Assembly: GCA_964429005.1 (NCBI GenBank)
Contig: CAYSAJ010000003.1
Coordinates: forward strand, 21,153-85,152
From: an uncultured bacterium
Lineage (GTDB): Bacteria; Chlamydiota; Chlamydiia; Chlamydiales; JACRBE01
Length of the DNA stretch: 64,000 nt
Reading direction: 5' to 3'
In this document: piece after piece, positions 27,630 to 36,415 of the stretch
Position numbering within the stretch: position 1 is the stretch's first letter
Layout of the letters: the number at the start of each line of letters is the position of its first letter
Notes under the pieces: generated by a model
The model's input: the letters and a program-made list of their open reading frames with translations, nothing else
What the model was told of the DNA's origin: nothing
Database searches by the model: none
Translations under genes and position numbers: made by a program

Positions 27630-28709
27630 ATGAGTTTACAATTAGAAGAATTCACCATTCCTGACTATGAGAAAGTCATAAAAGTGACAGATGATAGCGT
27701 AGGTCTTCAGGCGATCATTGCTATTCACAATACTCATATGGGGCCTGCACTGGGAGGCGTCCGTATTTACCCTTATGAAAAATTTGATGATGCTTTATTT
27801 GATGTTTTACGTCTCTCTAAGGGGATGACTTATAAATCTGCTCTGAGCCAGCTTGGACTCGGTGGAGGTAAAAGTGTGATCATTGCTGATTCGAGAAAAA
27901 AGTCAAAAGAGCTGCTAAGAGCTTTTGGACAGGCTGTTGATGCCCTTCAAGGTGCTTATATTTGTGCTGAAGATGTCGGCTGCAACGAAGATGACGTTAA
28001 AACGATTCGTGAAACGACTAAATTTGTTACAGGGCTTAAGCATGAAAAAAGTAGTGGGAACCCCGCGCCTTTTACAGCATGGGGGACTTATCGTGGTATA
28101 CAGGCGATTCTACAGTTTTTATATGGTTCTCCTTCAGTACAAAACAAAGTGATTGCTATCCAAGGTCTTGGTTCTGTTGGAGCAACTTTAGCTGAAACTC
28201 TCTTTTGGCATGGAGCTCAATTGATTCTTGCTGATATCAACGAAGACAAAGCGCGCACGCTTGCCCGCAAATATGGAGCTCAGGTGGTGCCAGCTGATCA
28301 AATTCTCTCCGTCAAATGTGATATTTTAGCACCTTGTGCTCTTGGAGGAGTGCTCAATAGCACTACGATACCTCAACTCCAGTGTAAGGCAGTTGGAGGG
28401 TGTGCAAATAATCAGCTTCTTGAAGACCAAGATGGAAACCGTTTAAGCCAGTTAGGAATTCTTTATGCTCCTGATTTCGTGATCAATGCTGGAGGAATTA
28501 TTAACGTTCGCCATGAGTTATTTCCTGGTGGGTATCAACCGCGTGAAGCAAGAAATGATGTTCATAAAATTTTTGATCGACTATTAGATGTATTTGAGAT
28601 AGCAAAACAAAATAAATGCTCTACACATCATGCTGCGATGTTGCTCGCAGAGCATCGGATCAAATATAAAGTAGGCAGCGCAGACTCAGATATTCACTTT
28701 CACCACTGA
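27630..28709 (+). CDS. Leucine dehydrogenase (Glu/Leu/Phe/Val dehydrogenase family)
   Basis: LSKGMTYKSALSQLGLGGGKSVI catalytic-Lys region and Rossmann motif IQGLGSVGATLA. The start was moved to MSLQLEEF (27630). Confidence 0.85.
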   Translation: MSLQLEEFTIPDYEKVIKVTDDSVGLQAIIAIHNTHMGPALGGVRIYPYEKFDDALFDVLRLSKGMTYKSALSQLGLGGGKSVIIADSRKKSKELLRAFGQAVDALQGAYICAEDVGCNEDDVKTIRETTKFVTGLKHEKSSGNPAPFTAWGTYRGIQAILQFLYGSPSVQNKVIAIQGLGSVGATLAETLFWHGAQLILADINEDKARTLARKYGAQVVPADQILSVKCDILAPCALGGVLNSTTIPQLQCKAVGGCANNQLLEDQDGNRLSQLGILYAPDFVINAGGIINVRHELFPGGYQPREARNDVHKIFDRLLDVFEIAKQNKCSTHHAAMLLAEHRIKYKVGSADSDIHFHH

Positions 28710-28714
28710 TAATT

Positions 28715-30466
28715 ATGATAAATCATTTACAGCACAAATTAATTCGAGATATTTCCGCAATTATTAATCACGTCTATGGAGATCAATTAGTCCCCGATTC
28801 TTTTAAGGCTGAGATAACCCAATCCACACAGCAGCAGTTTGGCCATTACCAGCTCAATAGTGCAATGAAGCTCGGTAAGAACTTAAAACAAAATCCACAT
28901 CTAGTTGCAAAAACCCTTCTCCCTAAAATTTTGGAGCTGGAATATATAGCTACAGCGGAAATGGCAGGGCCTGGATTTATCAACCTTTCTTTCACATCTA
29001 AATACCTCTCAGAACAAATCAATAAGGTTTTTGCTGATCCTCGCATCGGAATTCCTAAAATAGGAGTGAATAGAAAGGTTGTTATAGACTTTTCTTCTCC
29101 GAATGTTGCCAAAGAACTTCATGTAGGACACCTTCGTTCAACGATTATAGGGGATAGTCTGGCAAGACTTTTTGAGTTTTTGGGTTATGATGTCGTCAGA
29201 CTCAATCATGTTGGCGACTGGGGAACTCAATTTGGAATGCTGATTACCTATCTACTACATTTCAAGCCAGGTGTTTGTTCAGGCGATCAAGTAGCTACTT
29301 TATCTGAGCTAATGAATTGGTACAGAGAAGGGAAAAAACTTTTTGATGCGGACCCTAATTTCAAGAAGCTCTCACAATTATCAGCTGTTGAACTTCAGCA
29401 AGGAAATCCTGAATACAGAAGAATCTGGAAAATCATTTGTGAGATCTCACGCAAAGGATACGAGGAAATCTATAAGCTGCTTGATGTTGAATTAACAGAA
29501 AGAGGGGAATCTTTTTATGAGCCTATTATCCCTCGGACTATAGAAATGCTGGAGGAAAAAGGACTTGTTACCCTTTCAGATGGTGCTAAGTGCATTTTTA
29601 TGGAAGGATTTTTGGGTTCTGAGGGAAAACCCCTCCCTATCATACTGCAAAAATCAGATGGAGGATACAACTATGCAACTACTGATTTAGCTGCCGCTTG
29701 GCATCGAGGCCAAGAGGAAAAAGCAGATCGCATGGTCTATGTCGTAGATTCAGGGCAAAAACTTCATTTAGAAATGATCTTTGCAGCAGCTAAAAAAGCC
29801 GGTTTTATTGATCCTAATATACAAGAAATCGTTCATGTAGGGTTTGGTGTTGTTCTTGGCGCTGATGGAAAAAAATTTAAGACAAGATCAGGAGAAACTG
29901 AGCGTCTTATCGATTTGATTCAAGAAGCAATAGATCAATCAGCTCTTATTTTGAAGGAAAGGTTGCCAGACCTATCTTCGGACGAGCTTTACGAAATGGC
30001 AAAAATCTTAGGAATTGATGCTGTTAAATATGCCGATCTTTCTGGACATCGACTTAAGGACTACGCTTTCAGCTATGAGAGAATGCTTAGGTTCGAGGGG
30101 AATACCGCTGCCTTCTTGCTATATTCTTATGTGAGAATTCAAAGTATTAAACGGAAATATCAAGGATCCTTGGATGACTTATTTAATCATTCTGCGATTC
30201 AACTAAAAGATGAAGCAGAAATGAGGCTAGGCCTTCACATCCTCCGCTTCCCTGAGACTTTAGAGCTTCTCAACGAAGAGCTTTTGCCTCATAGATTGTG
30301 TGAATATTTGTTTAATCTTGCAGAGACTTTTAATGTCTTTTTTAGAGACTGTCAAGTCATAGGTAGTGAGACAGAAACATCACGATTATTACTTTGTGAA
30401 CTTACCGGCCGTATACTAGACAAAGGGCTTTACTTGCTAGGTTTGAAGACACTGCAACGTATGTAA
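28715..30466 (+). CDS. argS: Arginyl-tRNA synthetase
   Basis: Class I HIGH-type motif AKELHVGHLRST and a DALR anticodon-binding C-terminus ending in M. 583 aa. Confidence 0.95.
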   Translation: MINHLQHKLIRDISAIINHVYGDQLVPDSFKAEITQSTQQQFGHYQLNSAMKLGKNLKQNPHLVAKTLLPKILELEYIATAEMAGPGFINLSFTSKYLSEQINKVFADPRIGIPKIGVNRKVVIDFSSPNVAKELHVGHLRSTIIGDSLARLFEFLGYDVVRLNHVGDWGTQFGMLITYLLHFKPGVCSGDQVATLSELMNWYREGKKLFDADPNFKKLSQLSAVELQQGNPEYRRIWKIICEISRKGYEEIYKLLDVELTERGESFYEPIIPRTIEMLEEKGLVTLSDGAKCIFMEGFLGSEGKPLPIILQKSDGGYNYATTDLAAAWHRGQEEKADRMVYVVDSGQKLHLEMIFAAAKKAGFIDPNIQEIVHVGFGVVLGADGKKFKTRSGETERLIDLIQEAIDQSALILKERLPDLSSDELYEMAKILGIDAVKYADLSGHRLKDYAFSYERMLRFEGNTAAFLLYSYVRIQSIKRKYQGSLDDLFNHSAIQLKDEAEMRLGLHILRFPETLELLNEELLPHRLCEYLFNLAETFNVFFRDCQVIGSETETSRLLLCELTGRILDKGLYLLGLKTLQRM

Positions 30467-30468
30467 AC

Positions 30469-31431
30469 TTAAGCTATTATGGTTTTATGAGGTTCCCCGG
30501 CGATTTCAACTGCGAAGCGTGGTACTCCATAGCCTGGTAAATGTTTTCGAAGTTCTTCGATCAACTCTATCCCTTTTTCTCTTTCAACATAAAATCTTTC
30601 CGCGCCCATTACTTTGTCTAATTCAAAAAGATAATAAGGGATAAGACCTTTGCTAATTAAAAAATGGAAAAGTTCATAAAGAGCTTCAAAAGAGTCGTTT
30701 ACATCTTTTAAAAGAACAGTTGCCGTCAAAATTGGAATTCCTAATTTCTGCAAAGATTGAATGGCATGAATAATATCTTCGTCTAACTCTTTTACATGAT
30801 TGATGTGAAGAACCATGATAGATTGAAAACGGCGGTTCGAGAGTAGTTTTAATAATTCTGGAGTGACTCTTTCAGGAATTCCAAGAAAAAAGCGGGAGTG
30901 AAAGCGGATAATTTTTACATGAGGAATTGCTTCAAGGTCATCAAAAAGCTGGCCTAAAATGCGATCGTCTAGAGAAAAAGGATCTCCCCCACTAAGAATG
31001 ACTTCATGGATTGCAGAATCAGCGCGGATGATTTCGAGCTCCTTCTCAAACCCTTTGCGCTCTTTTTCATAAGGAAAATTTTGACGAAAGCAATGGCGGC
31101 AATGCATAGCGCACGCACTGGAGGCAAGAATCAAGGATCTATAGTTATATTTTCTTAAGAGTTTTTCTGTGGCTACAAAATGCTCATCGTACACAGGGTC
31201 TTTCACAAAAAGAGGATTTGAAAGAGTTTTTTTTAGGGGAGCATATTGTAGAAAAAGGGGATCTGTTAGTGATTTTTTAGGAATTTTTCGAGCAATTCTT
31301 TGAGGAATGTTCAGAGAAAAATGGGGATGTAGATCCATTTTCTCAGTGTCAGTGGGCGAAAGCTCAAGCAATTCTATGAGTTGTTTAGTTGAGCGGATGT
31401 TTTGAGTAAGAATGTGTTTCCAATTTTCCAT
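30469..31431 (-). CDS. KamA-family radical SAM lysine 2,3-aminomutase-like enzyme (EpmB-like)
   Basis: CAMHCRHCFR (CxxxCxxC) cluster motif with SGGDPF downstream. At 320 aa its size matches the EF-P beta-lysylation branch. Confidence 0.8.
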   Translation of the reverse strand: MENWKHILTQNIRSTKQLIELLELSPTDTEKMDLHPHFSLNIPQRIARKIPKKSLTDPLFLQYAPLKKTLSNPLFVKDPVYDEHFVATEKLLRKYNYRSLILASSACAMHCRHCFRQNFPYEKERKGFEKELEIIRADSAIHEVILSGGDPFSLDDRILGQLFDDLEAIPHVKIIRFHSRFFLGIPERVTPELLKLLSNRRFQSIMVLHINHVKELDEDIIHAIQSLQKLGIPILTATVLLKDVNDSFEALYELFHFLISKGLIPYYLFELDKVMGAERFYVEREKGIELIEELRKHLPGYGVPRFAVEIAGEPHKTIIA

Positions 31432-31556
31432 AGGGGCAATAGTTTACCACACTAATGTTAAAATTCAAAACATTTCAATTAATAATTAGAAATTTTTAAT
31501 CAATAATTAAACATAATAATTTAAGTTTAGGTAATTTCTTAAAAACTCGAGGATGT

Positions 31557-32933
31557 TTAGCCCGCTAAACTCACTTCGGCGACATCTCTTGCTGGAGGTT
31601 TGATTGCAAGGTTCACTCTTTCAACCTGCGCTCCTAACATTTGCAATTTGGTATCGATTTTTTCATACCCTCGATCTAGGAAGTGGAGATTTGAAATGAT
31701 ACTTTCATCATCAGCAATCAACGCGGCCATAACATAGGCAAATCCTGCTCTCAAATCGGGTATTGAAATATCTTTTCCTTTTAGAGGTGTAATGCCAGAT
31801 ACGACTAGAGAATGTGCATAATCCCTTGATTCAAAACGGCAATTTTTACTTCCTAAACAGCGACAGAAAAGAGAAGCTTCCGCTCCCATTTCTTTCAGCG
31901 TTTCAATATATCCAAATCGATTCTCATAGACTGTTTCATGGACGATTGACGTTCCTTGGCTTTGTGTTAACAGAACCACAAATGGTTGTTGCCAATCTGT
32001 AAGAAACCCTGGATAAACGTCGGTTTCTATGTGAGTTCCTCCTTTTAGGGGTCCTTCATAAAAAAACTCAATGCCCTGTTGATCTATTCTGAACCCAGCA
32101 CCGAGCTCACGCATCTTATTTAAAAAGATCATTAAATGTTCATGAACAGCTCCACGAATAAAAACTCTTCCTTTAGTTGCAATAGCTGCCATGGCGAATG
32201 AGGCAATTTCTATCCTGTCGGGAACTACGTGATGAGTGACTTCATGAAAATGTTTTACTCCTTGAATTACAATCGTACGATTCGTATCAACATGGATATG
32301 TGCGCCCATTTTTTGTAAAAAAAGAATAAGATCAATTACTTCAGGTTCGACCGCAGCATTTTTAATCACAGTAGTGCCTTGTGCTCTTGTAGCAGCAAGA
32401 ATCGTGTTTTCTGTTGCGCCTACTGATGGATAAGGGAATTCAATAATTGTTCCTTTAAGTCCTGTATGGGCCTGTGCAAAATAGGCACCATCCTTCTTCA
32501 TGTTTCTATATTCAATAGTAGCCCCTAGTTTTTCAAGAGCTGTGATATGAAAATCCACCGAGCGTTTACCGATATTACATCCTCCTACTGTAGGAACGAC
32601 AATATCTTCATTTGTTCTAGATAGTAAAGCGCCTATCATCAATATGGGAATTCGATTGGCCCCTGAAAATCGTTGTGGTACATATGTTGATAAAATCTGA
32701 GGAGTTTCAACTTCTAAAGTGTGATTCTCTCGATCCCATTTAGCGATCATTCCTATTTCTTTACAAAACTCAAGAGTCACTGCTACTTCATGGATATTTG
32801 GAACGTTGGTAAAATAGCATCGTTTTTCAGATAGAAGAGAAGCAACGATCATTTTCGTAATAGCATTTTTTGCCCCAGAAGCATTGATTTCACCGCTCAA
32901 AGGCCTGCCACCACGAATTTTTAAAATTTCCAT
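31557..32933 (-). CDS. murA: UDP-N-acetylglucosamine 1-carboxyvinyltransferase
   Basis: MEILKIRGGRPLSGEINASGAKNA N-terminus and active-site loop VGGCNIGKRSVD. The start was moved from 32993 to the ATG at 32933. Confidence 0.93.
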   Translation of the reverse strand: MEILKIRGGRPLSGEINASGAKNAITKMIVASLLSEKRCYFTNVPNIHEVAVTLEFCKEIGMIAKWDRENHTLEVETPQILSTYVPQRFSGANRIPILMIGALLSRTNEDIVVPTVGGCNIGKRSVDFHITALEKLGATIEYRNMKKDGAYFAQAHTGLKGTIIEFPYPSVGATENTILAATRAQGTTVIKNAAVEPEVIDLILFLQKMGAHIHVDTNRTIVIQGVKHFHEVTHHVVPDRIEIASFAMAAIATKGRVFIRGAVHEHLMIFLNKMRELGAGFRIDQQGIEFFYEGPLKGGTHIETDVYPGFLTDWQQPFVVLLTQSQGTSIVHETVYENRFGYIETLKEMGAEASLFCRCLGSKNCRFESRDYAHSLVVSGITPLKGKDISIPDLRAGFAYVMAALIADDESIISNLHFLDRGYEKIDTKLQMLGAQVERVNLAIKPPARDVAEVSLAG

Positions 32934-33028
32934 AAATAGATAGATAAAGTATTTTTTCATCATCTTATGAAAATAAAGTATTTCTATAAACAAAAGATTA
33001 ATTTGCTAGAAAAAAAGGAGAAAATGCT

Positions 33029-33514
33029 TTGAAGCATTATTGTGGGCTTGGTCAGGACAGCCATCGATTTCTTCCTGAAATTACTCAGAAAGTATGTGTG
33101 CTAGGTGGAATCGAATTTAAAGATGTTCCTGGGCTTGATGCTGATTCAGATGGAGATATCATATTTCACGCCATTTGCAATGCAATTACATCGATCACAC
33201 ATGTTCCCATACTTGGCGAAATCGCTCCAAAACTATGTCATGAGCAACATATTACTAATAGTCGCGTTTATCTAGAACATGCTCTACAAACTCTTGGAGC
33301 TATCAAAATTCACCATGTTGCTTTGGCAGTAGAAGGAAAAAGACCTAGAATGCAATCGAGAATTGATATCGTGAGAAAAAATGTAGCAGATGCTATGAAT
33401 TTACAAGTACACCAAGTAGGGCTTACCATCACTTCAGGAAATGATCTAACGAGCTTTTCAAGAGGAGAAGGGTTGCAGTGTCTTTGTATGATTAGTGCTG
33501 TTTCACCTGATTAA
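33029..33514 (+). CDS. ispF: 2-C-methyl-D-erythritol 2,4-cyclodiphosphate synthase
   Basis: GLGQDSHRF and SDGDIIFHAI motifs. TTG start with an AAGGAG SD 9 nt upstream. Confidence 0.9.
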   Translation: MKHYCGLGQDSHRFLPEITQKVCVLGGIEFKDVPGLDADSDGDIIFHAICNAITSITHVPILGEIAPKLCHEQHITNSRVYLEHALQTLGAIKIHHVALAVEGKRPRMQSRIDIVRKNVADAMNLQVHQVGLTITSGNDLTSFSRGEGLQCLCMISAVSPD

Positions 33515-34620
33515 TAGATATCTTGGAACAACAAGCCTTCTTTACGCATGCTTTTTAGCCTTTCTTCAGCTTCAAATAAAGTCATTGAACCCTCTTCGCA
33601 AAGAATCTCAGAAAGGGTGGCCATAACATCTTTTGCCATGTTTTTTGCATCTCCGCAGAGATAGATAATTGCCCCTTCTTTAATCCATAGATACAATTCT
33701 TTAGCATGAGCTCTCATCGCATCTTGTACATAGTACTTTTCTTCTTGGTCTCGTGAAAATGCAGTACTTAGACGTAAAAAGCTCTTTCTTTCTAAATCTT
33801 TAAAGAAGTCCTCATAGTAAAAATCACTATGACTGTTCCTTTCACCAAAAAATAACCAATTTTTTCCAAGGCTTCCCTTCAATTGTCTCTCTTGCAAAAA
33901 GGCTCGAAAAGGGGCAACTCCTGTTCCAGGGCCGATCATGATGATTGGCTTTGAGTCATCCTGTGGCAGTGTAAATGAATCATTAGGATGAACAAAAACT
34001 CTAATTTGTGTGGAAAATGGTACAGCTTTTTTACAGATATAAGAACTTCCTAAACCTTCTTGAAAGCGATACCCATGATGATATGTAAAAGTGGCGACTA
34101 ATAAATCAACTTGATTGGGATTTGATTGCATAGAGGATGCGATCGAATAAAACCGGGGGGCTATTGGCAAAAGAGCATCACAAAATGCTTGAACATCATT
34201 TAAAGGGCTTTTCATCGCCAAAGAAGCTGAGATCACATCGTGAGCCAAATCATGAGGGACTCCTAAACAATCACTAATTTTTTGTGTAACTTTTTGAAGA
34301 TTAGCGTGTTTCTGGAGAAACTCGTGTAGAGCTAAAGATTCCTTGGTTCTCTTTGAACAAACAAGTTCATCTCCACGGCACCCCAATTTGCTCAGAAGAA
34401 TGGAGATATCATTTTCGTCATTTTCTGGATAGATTCCTAGTGCATCTCCCGGTTTGTAAAGCATATTGCTGTCGCTGATATCAAGAGAAACATGGAAAGT
34501 TGCCTTTGAGGAACCTTCTTTATTTAGAAGTGATCTTGCCAAGATTTTGGAGGAAAAGGGATTAAGTCTGTTGTAAGTGGTTTGTGGTTGAATAAGAGGA
34601 TCAGAAAATGTCATAGACAA
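33511..34620 (-). CDS. FAD/NADPH-binding reductase module (CysJ / diflavin-reductase C-terminal type)
   Basis: RFYSIASS FAD motif, GPGTGVAPFRAF NADPH motif and C-terminal ...FQDIY. No N-terminal flavodoxin (FMN) domain is present. Confidence 0.75.
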   Translation of the reverse strand: MSMTFSDPLIQPQTTYNRLNPFSSKILARSLLNKEGSSKATFHVSLDISDSNMLYKPGDALGIYPENDENDISILLSKLGCRGDELVCSKRTKESLALHEFLQKHANLQKVTQKISDCLGVPHDLAHDVISASLAMKSPLNDVQAFCDALLPIAPRFYSIASSMQSNPNQVDLLVATFTYHHGYRFQEGLGSSYICKKAVPFSTQIRVFVHPNDSFTLPQDDSKPIIMIGPGTGVAPFRAFLQERQLKGSLGKNWLFFGERNSHSDFYYEDFFKDLERKSFLRLSTAFSRDQEEKYYVQDAMRAHAKELYLWIKEGAIIYLCGDAKNMAKDVMATLSEILCEEGSMTLFEAEERLKSMRKEGLLFQDIY

Positions 34621-34680
34621 ACATTAATTAATAATTTAAATATTTAGTTAGAAGAATAATAATAAAATAATATGGTAAAT

Positions 34681-34806
34681 ATGAAAATAAAAACAGTTCT
34701 ATTTGTTGCTGTTGCTCTCTTGATTTTAACGGGTTGTGCATCAAGTGGTTATAATAAACAATATGTTGTTTCAGATGCAATTGAGTATATGGAACAAAGC
34801 GAGTAG
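34681..34806 (+). CDS. Small putative lipoprotein (41 aa), absent from the ORF track
   Basis: MKIKTVLFVAVALLILTGCASSGYNKQYVVSDAIEYMEQSE has a positively charged n-region, a hydrophobic core and lipobox L-T-G-C. Its stop codon sits in the loop of the 34794-34820 hairpin. Confidence 0.5.
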   Translation: MKIKTVLFVAVALLILTGCASSGYNKQYVVSDAIEYMEQSE

Positions 34807-34820
34807 GCCTCTCGCTTTGT
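34794..34820. terminator. Hairpin between the convergent small lipoprotein ORF and gltX
   Basis: aCAAAGCGAG-taggcct-CTCGCTTTGt is a perfect 9-10-bp stem, 7 nt from the gltX stop. Confidence 0.5.
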
Positions 34821-34826
34821 CATAAT

Positions 34827-36347
34827 TTAGGCCGGTGAAGCAGCTTCAAATAGGGATTTGCAGTCTCCAGCTTTGAAGTGATGCTCAAGGGTTGATAAAT
34901 TCTTTTTAGATATACCGCCTAAAAGCTCGATCGCTTGAAGAAATCTGGCTCTTGCCCGATCGATCCCTAAAAATTCAAATGATGCAAAAAGAGGGGGGCC
35001 TTGGGTTCTTCCCGTAATCGTCATATAAAGAAGAGGCATGACGACTTTCTTATGGTTAAGACCTGTAATTTCTACCATTCTTTTTGAAGCGGTTTCAATA
35101 CCAGTTTTATCCCAATCTTCAATTCGATCTAGTTCCCAAACAATAAGCTGAATTAAGCTTGCAGTTTGTTCGTCAGTGAGGTTTTTAACAAGAAGATCCT
35201 CTTTGGTAATTGGGAGATGGTTGATGAATAAAAAGGCACAAAGTTCCATAAATTCACCAAAAGTTTTAATGCGAGAGTGCACTAGGGGCATTAAAGCTTG
35301 CATCCTTTCATCACTAAATTGCCAATTTTTAATCATTGGCCAAAGATCTTCAGTTTTGACATGGTTGATTAAGTATTGTTGATTCAGCCAATCTAGTTTT
35401 TTTATGTCAAAGAAGGCTCCTGATACACCTATTCTTTTATAGTCAAACTCTCGAATGATATCGCTTAGATCATAAATTTCTCGGTCTCCAGGCATGCTAT
35501 ACCCCATAAGAGTGAGAAAATTGCCAAGTGCTTGAGGGAGATATCCGCTATCTTTGTAATAGTTAATTGAAGTGGGGTTCCGTCTTTTAGATAATTTTCT
35601 TCCATCACCTCCTAAAAGAAGGGGCATATGTAAAAAGGTAGGGGGAGTCCACCCAAAAGCTTCGTAAAGGTAAATATGCTTTGGTGTGGAAGTCATCCAT
35701 TCGTCACCCCTAATAACATGGGTAATTTTCATCAAATGATCATCAACAACGTTCGCTAAGTGATAGGTGGGATATCCATCAGATTTAAGAAGAACTTGAT
35801 CATCCACCTCAGACCAAGGATAGACAATTTTACCCTTAATAGCGTCTTCATATTCACAATTCCCAGTGAGGGGGACTTTTAGTCGAACCACGTAGGATTG
35901 ACCTGCTTGCTCTCTTTCTTTTACTTCTGCAGGCGTGAGATTTCGATATCGGCGGTCATATCCCATTTTTGTTCCAAGAGCTTTACTCATCTCTCTCATT
36001 TCTTCCAGTTCTTGCTCAGTGGCGAAACATTTATAAGCTTTGCCTTGATCAAGAAGCTGCTGGCAATATTTTTGATAAATAGCAGTTCGCTCTGACTGAC
36101 GGTAAGGACCGTAAGGACCACCTACATCAGGACCCTCATCCCACTCTATTCCCATCCAGTGAAGAGCTTTGAACAGGTTTTCTTCATATTCAGGCCTGCT
36201 CCGCTTTTGATCGGTATCTTCTATTCTAAGAATGAATGTCCCACCATAGTGTTTCGCAAAAATAAGGTTGAACAAAGCCATATAGGCTGTTCCCACATGT
36301 GGGTTCCCTGTGGGCGATGGAGCGATGCGCACTCGTGGTTTTTCCAT
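34827..36347 (-). CDS. gltX: Glutamyl-tRNA synthetase
   Basis: HIGH-type PSPTGNPHVGTA and KMSKS-type KLSKR motifs. 506 aa. Confidence 0.95.
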   Translation of the reverse strand: MEKPRVRIAPSPTGNPHVGTAYMALFNLIFAKHYGGTFILRIEDTDQKRSRPEYEENLFKALHWMGIEWDEGPDVGGPYGPYRQSERTAIYQKYCQQLLDQGKAYKCFATEQELEEMREMSKALGTKMGYDRRYRNLTPAEVKEREQAGQSYVVRLKVPLTGNCEYEDAIKGKIVYPWSEVDDQVLLKSDGYPTYHLANVVDDHLMKITHVIRGDEWMTSTPKHIYLYEAFGWTPPTFLHMPLLLGGDGRKLSKRRNPTSINYYKDSGYLPQALGNFLTLMGYSMPGDREIYDLSDIIREFDYKRIGVSGAFFDIKKLDWLNQQYLINHVKTEDLWPMIKNWQFSDERMQALMPLVHSRIKTFGEFMELCAFLFINHLPITKEDLLVKNLTDEQTASLIQLIVWELDRIEDWDKTGIETASKRMVEITGLNHKKVVMPLLYMTITGRTQGPPLFASFEFLGIDRARARFLQAIELLGGISKKNLSTLEHHFKAGDCKSLFEAASPA

Positions 36348-36415
36348 GAAATCCTCATTGTAATAGAGAGGGATAATAGCGTGAAAACCTATTAAGTTAA
36401 AGGGAAATTAGGACA

